NCBI GenBank assembly: GCA_964523905.1
Contig: CAZFYQ010000004.1
Span: 31,535 to 95,534 of the forward strand
Source: an uncultured Gammaproteobacteria bacterium
Lineage (GTDB): Bacteria; Patescibacteriota; Microgenomatia; Daviesbacterales; UBA10151
Length of the DNA: 64,000 nucleotides
Reading direction: 5' to 3'
The position numbers and the translations under genes are program-made. The first letter of the stretch is position 1, and each line of letters opens with the position of its first letter. Of this stretch, positions 24,698 to 34,883 are shown one piece after another. The notes below the pieces were generated by a model. The model worked only from the letters and a program-made list of their open reading frames with translations, was not told where the DNA came from and searched no databases.

Positions 24698-24904
24698 ATG
24701 AAATCCATTGATTGGACCCATCTTTATAAAAAATACAAAGGGCTGTGGGTAGCTTTAATGAATGATGAGGTCACTGTAATCTCTTCAGGTACAAGTCTAG
24801 AAGAAACATCAAAAAAAGCCGAGAAAAAAGGCTTTAAGGATCCAATTTTTTATTTTGTTCCCAAAAAACTGACTTATTTTGCAGGCTATATTCATAATAA
24901 GTGA
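24698..24904 (+). CDS. DUF5678-like small protein
   Basis: 68 aa, KYKGLWVALMNDEVTVISSG pattern; paired with the downstream retropepsin-like protease as is common for this family. Confidence 0.4.
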   Translation: MKSIDWTHLYKKYKGLWVALMNDEVTVISSGTSLEETSKKAEKKGFKDPIFYFVPKKLTYFAGYIHNK

Positions 24905-25308
24905 AATTTAAATACCGGCAGACGATTCTATCCGCTCCGTTTTCCAAAAAGCAAAAACTTCTAAGACCAATAATCCCCCTTAGTCTAAAATATAAACAAC
25001 AATCAGTCTACTATGAAGCGTTGATTGATTCAGGAGCAGACTTTTGCATCTTTCCGGTTGAAATTGCCAAGAAACTGAGGATAAATCTTAAAAAAGCCAA
25101 CAAAATTTATTTTGCCGGAGCGACAGGAGAACCAGTATTAGGTTTGCGAGCAAAGGTAACATTACAAATTGCTGAGGTAAATTTAAAAACAGAAGTAGTT
25201 TTTGCTGATCTCTCAGATAAAGCAGCCTTGCTTGGTCAATATGGATTTTTTAATTTATGCAAAGTTAATCTTGACCTTGGTAATAACAAAATTGAGATTA
25301 TTACTTAG
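24901..25308 (+). CDS. retropepsin-like aspartic protease (clan AA)
   Basis: ALIDSGADFCIFP (D-S-G-A catalytic motif); 135 aa; start overlaps the upstream ORF stop. Confidence 0.65.
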   Translation: MKFKYRQTILSAPFSKKQKLLRPIIPLSLKYKQQSVYYEALIDSGADFCIFPVEIAKKLRINLKKANKIYFAGATGEPVLGLRAKVTLQIAEVNLKTEVVFADLSDKAALLGQYGFFNLCKVNLDLGNNKIEIIT

Positions 25309-25371
25309 AATCCACAGGATAATCCTCCTTACAAGTATATCGTCAGCCGTTATTACGTCAACATCTCATAG

Positions 25372-25402
25372 TTGATTTTTCCAGAGAGAGAGAGAGTATT
25401 AT
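25372..25402 (+). promoter_or_regulatory. candidate promoter TTGATT-N17/19-(AGTATT/TATTAT) with a (GA)7 dinucleotide repeat in the spacer
   Basis: gagagagagagag at 25384..25396 lies between the -35-like and -10-like hexamers, 12 nt upstream of the ATG at 25414. Confidence 0.4.
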
Positions 25403-25413
25403 CAGCCTCATAA

Positions 25414-25953
25414 ATGGAAACTTTAGGTCCAAGACCCGAATTATTATTACAAGCTTCCCTGGGGGTAGCAAAACAAGCAGAGGATTCAACCAGACAACTT
25501 CTAGGTCGACATTCAGATCTGTTAACCCCTGTAGCTATTGATTTAATAGCAGAGAGAGAATATAAGTCAGCTTTAGAGCAACATGCTAGGAAAAGATATG
25601 AAGGAAGAGCTAATGATAACTATAGTTATCATCCGGGTTTGATGTTATATGTAACTCCAACTACTAAAGATTTATTGTTTACGGTATTCAAAAAAGCAGA
25701 ATATCCAGTTACAGAAGATCAGGTGATACCGGTAACTTCGACAATGCAGGCAATACGTTTCCCAAGGGCAATCTACGGCATGGGTTTAGGTGGATGTCAG
25801 ATATATCTAGAAGCTGCGGAGGATTGGGAGAAATCAAATCTTGCTGAAAAACCTTTTGCATTGGGATATAGAGATGTGATTAGGATAGAGGGAGACGCAA
25901 ATGAACTCTGGCAGAATTGGGATTACAAATGGGACGGTACTTCTGTAAAATAA
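25414..25953 (+). CDS. hypothetical protein (179 aa)
   Basis: No recognisable motif; GC-richer by eye. Confidence 0.35.
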   Translation: METLGPRPELLLQASLGVAKQAEDSTRQLLGRHSDLLTPVAIDLIAEREYKSALEQHARKRYEGRANDNYSYHPGLMLYVTPTTKDLLFTVFKKAEYPVTEDQVIPVTSTMQAIRFPRAIYGMGLGGCQIYLEAAEDWEKSNLAEKPFALGYRDVIRIEGDANELWQNWDYKWDGTSVK

Positions 25954-25959
25954 ACATTC

Positions 25960-27735
25960 TTACGTTTTAGTGCCCACTAGATACACGGCCTGCCAAGGTT
26001 TATATGCGGATCGGAAAGTTTCTTGGATTAAGGTTTGTCCGCCGCGAACAACTGTTCTATTAAAAGAAACATTGGCTCCCCAAGCTGAAAAATCAACTTG
26101 TTTAACCGTACCGACCAGAAGAGTAGGATCATCTTGACGCAGATCTGGAGGCGGAGGAGTCTGACCTGTTACTACAGGAGTTGATAAAGTGGCCACCCGG
26201 CCATCAGAGGTGCCGTATAAATCAACATATAAAGTTAACCCGTCAGTATAGGCCTGGATTAAAATATAATTTGCGGTGTCATTTTTAAATTTAAAGTCAA
26301 CTGATGGATAAAAGACTGTGGCATCAAGGCCGGGAGGGAAGCCTTGTTCATAATATCCCACCCGATAAGCATGAGCAGTGCGGGCTACAACTGGTAAACC
26401 GGCATTTAATACTGCTCTAAATAAGGTAGTTGAAACCTGACAAATTCCGCCGCCATCATCTAAAACTGTTCGTCCGGATTTAATCACATAAGCTTGTTTA
26501 AATCCGGTGGCGGCAGTAATATCTCCCACAGTTTGATCAAAAGAAAAGGTTTCTCCTGGTGGAACTAATACTCCGTTAATTTTTTCAGCGCCTAGATTAA
26601 CGTTATAAATTCTATTTTCAATAGAATGGGCAAAATTAGAAATTCCTTTACCAACTAACTCTTTAATTCCCAAAGAATTAACATCCGAAGTGGCGCTTTT
26701 GGCTTTTACAACAGCCACAGGTAGACTGATATTTTTTGAAGCCTGGTTGTTAACTGCATCAAGTAGTGCCTGATAGGTTTTATCCAGATCCAGTTTGCGG
26801 CCATCTTGGGATGGCTGGAAAGCTGACACTCGTTTAGTGGACTCATCAAATTTAAATAGTCCCTCATGAACATCCTGGTCAATTTCTAAAGCAACATTTT
26901 CAAGGTAAGAATAAGTTTGATTTTTATCAAGTAGCTCCTCACCTGGTTTATCAAGATTTAATAAAGTTAATAGTTGCTTGGCATCAATGGTCCAGGTTTT
27001 ATCCTCAAAGGATAATTTAATTGGGTTAGCCGTGGTTTGTTCCAAAGCGACTTTAGCTTTAGTTATTTTTTCAGTAGTCACAGCAGGTGGAACCTCCTTA
27101 ACTGGTAAAAGATCATTATATTTTCCAAACAGTAGATAATTTGTTATATTATTTTTTAAAGCTTGGCGATCCAGCATTAGCCCATTTTGGCCTTCTTTAA
27201 TTTGGATGCTGCTAGATGGGGTGGCAGTTTCATTAAATGATAGCAAAGCATTTTGCGGTGGTTGGTTGATAGCTAAATCAATACTTTCCAGTTGTTTATC
27301 AAGGGACAAAGTAATTTTGGGAGTAATTCGGTAGGTAGAAAAAAGCGCCCGCATCTCAAGTGTTAATTGGTTAAAAAAAGAGCCACCGCGGTTTTTCTTA
27401 AGGCCGCTGTCAAAAACCGTATAGTCCAAATTGGCAGAGGCGGTTGCCAGATCAATACTAAAAGTCCCTTGCTTAGAATTAAACTGTAGCTTACTCGTGG
27501 CTCTTTGATCAAATTTAGATTGAAAAGCCGAAATGGCCTGGCCCTGAGTTAAAAAAGAAATGTTAGTGTCCCCAATTAAAGTAACAGGATAATATTTATC
27601 AGCAATAACCACTTGATAAGTGATTAAAATTAGAATCAATAAAATTAAAGATAAAATAGCTGGCAAAAGATGGGGTAGGATTTTTTTAAACAAAAGCTTA
27701 GGGGTCACCTTTTTGGGCTTCTTAGTCTTTGGCAT
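25960..27735 (-). CDS. VanW-family protein with N-terminal membrane anchor
   Basis: DDGGGICQVSTTLFRAVLNAGLPVVARTAHAYRVGYY (VanW core), N-terminal TM LLPAILSLILLILILITY. Confidence 0.8.
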   Translation of the reverse strand: MPKTKKPKKVTPKLLFKKILPHLLPAILSLILLILILITYQVVIADKYYPVTLIGDTNISFLTQGQAISAFQSKFDQRATSKLQFNSKQGTFSIDLATASANLDYTVFDSGLKKNRGGSFFNQLTLEMRALFSTYRITPKITLSLDKQLESIDLAINQPPQNALLSFNETATPSSSIQIKEGQNGLMLDRQALKNNITNYLLFGKYNDLLPVKEVPPAVTTEKITKAKVALEQTTANPIKLSFEDKTWTIDAKQLLTLLNLDKPGEELLDKNQTYSYLENVALEIDQDVHEGLFKFDESTKRVSAFQPSQDGRKLDLDKTYQALLDAVNNQASKNISLPVAVVKAKSATSDVNSLGIKELVGKGISNFAHSIENRIYNVNLGAEKINGVLVPPGETFSFDQTVGDITAATGFKQAYVIKSGRTVLDDGGGICQVSTTLFRAVLNAGLPVVARTAHAYRVGYYEQGFPPGLDATVFYPSVDFKFKNDTANYILIQAYTDGLTLYVDLYGTSDGRVATLSTPVVTGQTPPPPDLRQDDPTLLVGTVKQVDFSAWGANVSFNRTVVRGGQTLIQETFRSAYKPWQAVYLVGTKT

Positions 27736-27773
27736 GGCCCTATTTTACCTAAAAACAGGATATAATAATACTT

Positions 27774-29093
27774 GTGAAAAAGATTGTTATTATTGTCTTA
27801 GTTGTCAGTATTATCCTGGGTGTGTTATTTTGGCTGTTTAGCTCCAAGATATCTTTATTTAACAAGTCTTCTAATCAGGGTCCGGTTACTCTAACTTATT
27901 GGGGACTGTGGGAGGACGATGCCTTAATTAGGCCTTTAATTGCCAAGTACAAACAAGAAAATCCCAGTGTCACGGTAAACTATGTCAGGCAATCGTCCAT
28001 TAACTACCGGACCAGAGTGCAAACTCAAATACGTAATGGTCAGGGCCCGGATGTTTTCCGTATTCATAATTCCTGGTTACCGATGTTTGCATCTGATGTT
28101 GCGCCGGCCCCTGCTGATATATTTACTCTACCTGATTATCAAAAATCATTTTATCCAGTAGCTGAGCAGTCTTTTGTAAAAAATGGTCAAATTCTGGGAG
28201 CGCCAATTGAAATTGATGGACTGGGCCTTTATATTAATGAAGATTTGTTAAATGGTGTGGGGGGAAAGATTCCCAAAAATTGGCAGGAGTTTATTGATAC
28301 TGCCACCAAAATGACAGTTAGAGATGCCACCGGTATTAAAACCGCCGGAGCTGCTATGGGAGCAACCGGTAATGTTGATAATTGGTCGGATATTGTTGGC
28401 CTGTTACTTTTGCAACAACCAGGAGTAGATTTAAATAATTTAGCCAGCGCACCGGTGGCAGAGGTGTTAAAGTTTTATACAGGGTTTGTGATTGATCCTC
28501 GCAGAAAAACTTGGGACAGCACCCTGCCACCTTCTACTCAAATGTTTGCTGCTGGAAGACTGGGTTTTTATCTGGCCCCTTCCTGGAGGGTTCAGGAAAT
28601 TAGAGCTGCCAATCCCAATTTAAAGTTTGAGGTCGTACCAGTGCCTCAATTATCTGGTAAGGCAGTTGCCTGGGCTTCTTTTTGGGGAGAGGCTGTTTCT
28701 AAAAATTCTAAAAATACGGAAGAGGCTTGGAAATTTATTAAGTTTTTAACTTCCCAAGAAGGACAAAAATTGGGTTACAGTGAGGCTGCAAAAGTGAGGT
28801 TATTTGGTGAGCCCTATTCTTTAACTAATTTGGCGCCGGAGTTAACTCAAGATCCAATTGTGGGGGCTTATGTTAATCAAGGACCAATTTATAAATTCTG
28901 GTATTTATCTTCTAACACTTTTGATGGTGACAGTGGTATTAATGATGGAGTAATCAAATATTTTGAAGATGGAATTAATGCTACCTTGCAAGGTCAGGAT
29001 CCAACATCTGTACTTAAAACAATAGATGCCGGGGTAAAGCAAGTAATTGGCAGATACACCAATCCGCAACCACCTGCTCCCACCGGAAAATAA
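27774..29093 (+). CDS. ABC transporter extracellular solute-binding protein (family 1, sugar-type)
   Basis: N-terminal signal/TM anchor, 439 aa periplasmic-binding-protein-like size and composition (LTYWGLWEDD). Confidence 0.55.
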   Translation: MKKIVIIVLVVSIILGVLFWLFSSKISLFNKSSNQGPVTLTYWGLWEDDALIRPLIAKYKQENPSVTVNYVRQSSINYRTRVQTQIRNGQGPDVFRIHNSWLPMFASDVAPAPADIFTLPDYQKSFYPVAEQSFVKNGQILGAPIEIDGLGLYINEDLLNGVGGKIPKNWQEFIDTATKMTVRDATGIKTAGAAMGATGNVDNWSDIVGLLLLQQPGVDLNNLASAPVAEVLKFYTGFVIDPRRKTWDSTLPPSTQMFAAGRLGFYLAPSWRVQEIRAANPNLKFEVVPVPQLSGKAVAWASFWGEAVSKNSKNTEEAWKFIKFLTSQEGQKLGYSEAAKVRLFGEPYSLTNLAPELTQDPIVGAYVNQGPIYKFWYLSSNTFDGDSGINDGVIKYFEDGINATLQGQDPTSVLKTIDAGVKQVIGRYTNPQPPAPTGK

Positions 29094-29096
29094 TCG

Positions 29097-29849
29097 ATGA
29101 AATTTAAAGCAATAATCTTTGATTTAGATGGAACTGCTGTCCCCAGTTTTATGGAAGGAATGCCCTCTAAAGTACTAGTAGATACTATTTTAAAAGCCAA
29201 AGGAAAAATAAAATTTTCTACTGCTTCCGGTCGTTCGGCTAATCATTGCAAGGATATCTGGCGGGTTTTAGAAATTGAAGATCCCTGTATAGTCAGTGGT
29301 GGATCGCAAATTATTAATCCGGTTAATCAAGAAATTATCTGGCAACAGAATTTACCAGCAGGCCTAATACCTAAGATAGTAGAAATAGCATCGAGTTATA
29401 CGGAAAAATTTGGAGTTAATGGAGTATTTTTGAATTCCAAAAAAGACCAAGATAAATTTCCTGATACAGCAACTATTGTTGTGGCCCTGGGGGTAAATAA
29501 AGATCAGTCCCAAGAGTTAGTGGATAAATTATTAAAGCTCAATGATATAGCAGTCCATATATTAGTTTCCTGGATTAATGATTCTACTTGGGATATTCAT
29601 GTTACCCATCAATTAGCGACTAAAAAACATGCCATCGAAAAACTAATAGAAATATTAAAAGTAAAAAAAGAAGAAGTGATTGGAATTGGGGATGGTAATA
29701 ATGACTTACCACTTTTTGAATCAGTTGGCTATAAAGTGGCGATGGGGAATGCCGTTGATATTTTAAAGCAGTCGGCCGACTATATTACTGATACTTTGGA
29801 AAACGATGGTATGGCCAAGTTTATTGAAGAGAAAATTCTGGAAGAATAA
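29097..29849 (+). CDS. HAD-superfamily hydrolase, Cof-type (IIB) phosphatase
   Basis: IIFDLDGT (motif I), IGIGDGNNDLPLF (motif IV). Confidence 0.8.
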   Translation: MKFKAIIFDLDGTAVPSFMEGMPSKVLVDTILKAKGKIKFSTASGRSANHCKDIWRVLEIEDPCIVSGGSQIINPVNQEIIWQQNLPAGLIPKIVEIASSYTEKFGVNGVFLNSKKDQDKFPDTATIVVALGVNKDQSQELVDKLLKLNDIAVHILVSWINDSTWDIHVTHQLATKKHAIEKLIEILKVKKEEVIGIGDGNNDLPLFESVGYKVAMGNAVDILKQSADYITDTLENDGMAKFIEEKILEE

Positions 29850-29876
29850 TTGTGTATTATCTAACGTATTACAGTA

Positions 29877-29905
29877 TTGACAAAGTAATACTTATGTGAT
29901 ATAGT
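29877..29905 (+). promoter_or_regulatory. sigma70-like promoter TTGACA-N17-TATAGT with overlapping inverted repeat agtattG..taatact (candidate antitoxin operator)
   Basis: Read directly; 6 nt upstream of the vapB-like ATG at 29912. Confidence 0.55.
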
Positions 29906-29911
29906 AAGAGT

Positions 29912-30166
29912 ATGCAATTTACTACTTCCGTAACTCAAAAAGGACAGGCTACAATCCCTGCTCTGATTCGTAAGAGACTGGGTATTACCCCAAATACTAA
30001 AATCGTGTTTGAACTTAAGGATAATAATGAGGCTTCAATTAAACCAGTAGTGGACTTTCTTTCCTTAAAAGGTTCTATCAGAACAAATAAGCCCTTTGAT
30101 TTAAATGGTATGGAAAAAGCAATACAAGATGAAATTATTAACAAGTATGTCGAAAAACCTGCTTGA
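29912..30166 (+). CDS. vapB: AbrB/SpoVT-domain antitoxin (VapB/MazE-like)
   Basis: SVTQKGQATIPALIRKRLGI looped-hinge helix motif; 84 aa; overlaps the downstream PIN gene. Confidence 0.6.
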   Translation: MQFTTSVTQKGQATIPALIRKRLGITPNTKIVFELKDNNEASIKPVVDFLSLKGSIRTNKPFDLNGMEKAIQDEIINKYVEKPA

Positions 30167-30539
30167 TACAAACTTAATTATCCGCTTTTTGGTTAATGAT
30201 AATCCTAAAAAGGTTAACAGGGTAGAAAAATTATTAGCCGATACAAATAATACTAATATTCTGCTAGATACGGTGGTGGCTGAGATAATTTGGGTTCTAA
30301 GCTCTTATTACTCATTAAATAAAGCTGAAGTTATTGAAAAAATTGGAGCTTTAATACATTTAGATTCAATAGATTGTAACGCAGTTCTAATAAACAAAGC
30401 GCTATCTGTATGGGAAGAAAACAATATTTCTTATATAGATTCATACCTTGTTGCAGTGGCAAAATTGGGTAATATCCCGCTGTTTTCTTATGATGACAAA
30501 CTAAAATCTATTGATCAGGTTATTGTCAAAGAACCCTAA
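30147..30539 (+). CDS. vapC: PIN-domain toxin (VapC-like)
   Basis: LLDTNLIIRFL (N-terminal Asp), DSYLVAVA, SYDDKL acidic residues; start chosen at MSKNLLDTN overlapping vapB 3' end. Confidence 0.6.
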   Translation: MSKNLLDTNLIIRFLVNDNPKKVNRVEKLLADTNNTNILLDTVVAEIIWVLSSYYSLNKAEVIEKIGALIHLDSIDCNAVLINKALSVWEENNISYIDSYLVAVAKLGNIPLFSYDDKLKSIDQVIVKEP

Positions 30540-30567
30540 CGTTACTTTTGATACAAATTTTACTTAA

Positions 30568-30596
30568 TTGACTTAAGTTTTCTTTTATTGTATAAA
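30568..30596 (+). promoter_or_regulatory. sigma70-like promoter TTGACT-N17-TATAAA about 9 nt upstream of ATG 30606 (near-leaderless transcript)
   Basis: Hexamers read directly. Confidence 0.5.
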
Positions 30597-30605
30597 CTCT
30601 TTTCG

Positions 30606-31022
30606 ATGTTACTAGAAAATATTACCTACAGACATACTTATAGAGCAGGGAGAATTGACTCCGGACAATTACATTGGGGATATGAGTTACTTGCTCAACA
30701 CCTAAGAGGTGTTAATGATGATCAAAGTTTCCGATTGAAAATTGGGAAGTACCCTGATAATGAGAGATATGGGAGGTTTAATAGGGCTCTAGTAGTGGCT
30801 GTCTCCACTGCACCAGGGAGGCTAGCTATTCATCTGGTTGATCCAGAAAAGGAAGGTATGTCTGCAGAAGAGCACAGTCGATTTTTTCGTGAATTACCTT
30901 TACCGGGTAGTTTTCAACCCACAGAACTAGTATCAGTGGGAAGACGATATTTAGGTCAGTTACAACAAAGTTTACCAGCTGATGCTTTTGATAGCTTACT
31001 GGGATTGGCTAAGGGGCGGTAA
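30606..31022 (+). CDS. hypothetical protein (about 138 aa; ORF-track TTG start at 30588 overlaps the -10 element)
   Basis: No recognisable motif; R/G/A-rich, GC-richer by eye. Confidence 0.35.
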   Translation: MLLENITYRHTYRAGRIDSGQLHWGYELLAQHLRGVNDDQSFRLKIGKYPDNERYGRFNRALVVAVSTAPGRLAIHLVDPEKEGMSAEEHSRFFRELPLPGSFQPTELVSVGRRYLGQLQQSLPADAFDSLLGLAKGR

Positions 31023-31934
31023 ATTAATCAACTGGACCTCGGGTTCTAAGTCTATTCCGAATTTTTCTTTTACTTTTTCTTTATATTTTTTTGCCAAGTC
31101 ATAAAAATCTTTGGCATTTCCGTTTCCCTTATTGATAAATAAATTAGCATGGTAATCGGCAATTTCAATATCACCTTGACTGTCTCCTTTGGCACCGACG
31201 ATTTCCAGCAAAGATCCGGCCGGCACTTTCCCATAAACAATTAAATCTGGAGGAATATTTTTTAAATCCTCTTCAGATAATTTTTCCGCCACTAAGTTTT
31301 TGAAAAAAGAGCCGGGACATTTAATTCCGGCGGGATATTTAACTAATCTTTTTTCTAAAGTTTCATCAGCTTCTTTTCTTAACTTTTTAGTGTCACCATC
31401 ATCGAATTTAAATACTAATTCTAAAATCACAAAACCATTTCTTTTAAAAATACTGTCTCGGTAATTAAATTCACAATCTTCTTTCTGCAAGCTAATAGTA
31501 TCCTTACCATCAAAGCAGATGGCTTCTCTCAAATGATCTGAGATGGTTTGTCCATAAGCTCCGGCATTGCCAAACACTGCCCCGCCAACAGTTCCGGGAA
31601 TTCCGGTTAATTTTTGTAAGCCTGACAGATTTTGGGCAATGGAAAAATCAACAACATGTTGCAAAGGTGTGCCGCTTTGAACTTTTAAAAACCGCACTTC
31701 TTTTTCAATTCCTTCTATTTCATTTTTAATTACCAATTTTTCAACACCGCTATCCGAGATTAATAAATTAGATCCTCCGCCCACCACCATATATGGTTGC
31801 TGATTAGTGTTAGCCCAGGTAATGGCTTCAATTAGTTGTTCAGTTGATGTAACAGTCACAAATTGTTTGGCCGGACCACCAATTTTTAAAGTGGTAATTT
31901 TTGATAATGGAAAATTGTCCTTGATGTCTAACAT
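30996..31934 (-). CDS. murB: UDP-N-acetylenolpyruvoylglucosamine reductase
   Basis: LKIGGPAK, VVGGGSNLL (FAD-binding), C-terminal MurB fold, 312 aa. Confidence 0.85.
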   Translation of the reverse strand: MLDIKDNFPLSKITTLKIGGPAKQFVTVTSTEQLIEAITWANTNQQPYMVVGGGSNLLISDSGVEKLVIKNEIEGIEKEVRFLKVQSGTPLQHVVDFSIAQNLSGLQKLTGIPGTVGGAVFGNAGAYGQTISDHLREAICFDGKDTISLQKEDCEFNYRDSIFKRNGFVILELVFKFDDGDTKKLRKEADETLEKRLVKYPAGIKCPGSFFKNLVAEKLSEEDLKNIPPDLIVYGKVPAGSLLEIVGAKGDSQGDIEIADYHANLFINKGNGNAKDFYDLAKKYKEKVKEKFGIDLEPEVQLINLPPLSQSQ

Positions 31935-31964
31935 ATTAGGATTATACTATGTTAAATTACAATC

Positions 31965-32834
31965 GTGGAGAATGCTATTTTAAAAACTATTATTTATGCG
32001 GATATTTTTGACTACCCTTTAACTTTATTTGAAATCCATAAATGGCTAATTAAAAAAAAGCTAAACTTAAGACAAGTAGAATCTACTTTAGCTAAATTAG
32101 TGAAAAGTGAAAAATTAAAACTGCACAAAGGATTTTACTTTCTTCCAAGAAGAGAAAAACTGGTTGCTATTAGAAAGAGAAGAGCGTTGCAATCTAGAAA
32201 GTACTTTCAAAAAGTAAAAATCGTTGCTTATCTTCTAAAACTAAACCCTTGGATTAAATTAGTGGGAATATCTGGTGGACTTGCCATGGAAAACGCTGAA
32301 AAAACCGATGACATTGATTTGTTCTTGATAACTGCCAAGAATCGCTTATGGTTAAGCCGGATACTAACTTTGGTGCTACTTTCTTTTACCGGACAAAGAA
32401 GGTCAGTTAATGATTCTAAAAAAAATGCCGCCGGAAAGCTTTGCCCGAATATTTTTATTGAGGAAGATCAGTTATCGCAGGCAAGCAAAGATCTTTATTT
32501 AGCTCACGAAGTTTTACAAATGCATTTACTTTGGCAACGGGATAATATTTATGGAAAATATCTGGAAGATAATGAATGGGCTTTTGAATTTTTACCAAAC
32601 TGGGTTGGTCCCTCTGCGTCACTTAGAGGAGCAAAGCGACGAAGCAATCTAACCAGCAAAGAGATTGCCGCGCCCTCCGGGCTCGCAATGACGACGGAGC
32701 ACTTTGCTAAATGGTTGCAGCTAAAATTAATGAGTAAACCAAAAGGTCTGGAGCGGATTTCTGATAGTGCAGTTTATTTTCACCCGGATGATTACAGGAT
32801 GAAAGTTTTATCGGAGTATAGAAAAAAGAGTTAA
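31965..32834 (+). CDS. nucleotidyltransferase-domain protein (Pol-beta superfamily) carrying an in-frame GC-rich hairpin element
   Basis: GISGGLAMENAEKTDDIDLFLIT (GS..x..DhD NTase motif); residues SLRGAKRRSNLTSKEIAAPSGLAMTTEHF are encoded by the palindromic element at 32644..32692. Confidence 0.45.
   Translation: MENAILKTIIYADIFDYPLTLFEIHKWLIKKKLNLRQVESTLAKLVKSEKLKLHKGFYFLPRREKLVAIRKRRALQSRKYFQKVKIVAYLLKLNPWIKLVGISGGLAMENAEKTDDIDLFLITAKNRLWLSRILTLVLLSFTGQRRSVNDSKKNAAGKLCPNIFIEEDQLSQASKDLYLAHEVLQMHLLWQRDNIYGKYLEDNEWAFEFLPNWVGPSASLRGAKRRSNLTSKEIAAPSGLAMTTEHFAKWLQLKLMSKPKGLERISDSAVYFHPDDYRMKVLSEYRKKS
32661..32692 (-). repeat. GC-rich hairpin motif, minus-strand gtcatTGCgagcccggagggcgcgGCAatctc (family copy 3), with adjacent alternative arm (32644..32668)
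   Basis: Same GTCAT...GAGC...ATCTC flanks as copies at 3736 and 10345; GCAATCT can pair either with ATTGC or with the downstream AGATTGC. Confidence 0.45.
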
Positions 32835-32840
32835 CAGTCC

Positions 32841-32869
32841 TTGACAATGTTTGCTAATTTTGCTATAAA
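32841..32869 (+). promoter_or_regulatory. sigma70-like promoter TTGACA-N17-TATAAA for groES-groEL
   Basis: Hexamers read directly; no CIRCE-like inverted repeat between the promoter and the start. Confidence 0.55.
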
Positions 32870-32892
32870 TGCATTCACTTCTGCCTCAGGTT

Positions 32893-34852
<1,960 letters not shown>

Positions 34853-34883
34853 TCTCATTCCCAAATCTGTTACAATCTAGTTA

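Noticed and set aside
32869-32892. ORF-track start at 32869 for groES
   Set aside because: The ATG overlaps the -10 hexamer of the groES promoter. The downstream ATG at 32893 gives a normal-length GroES.
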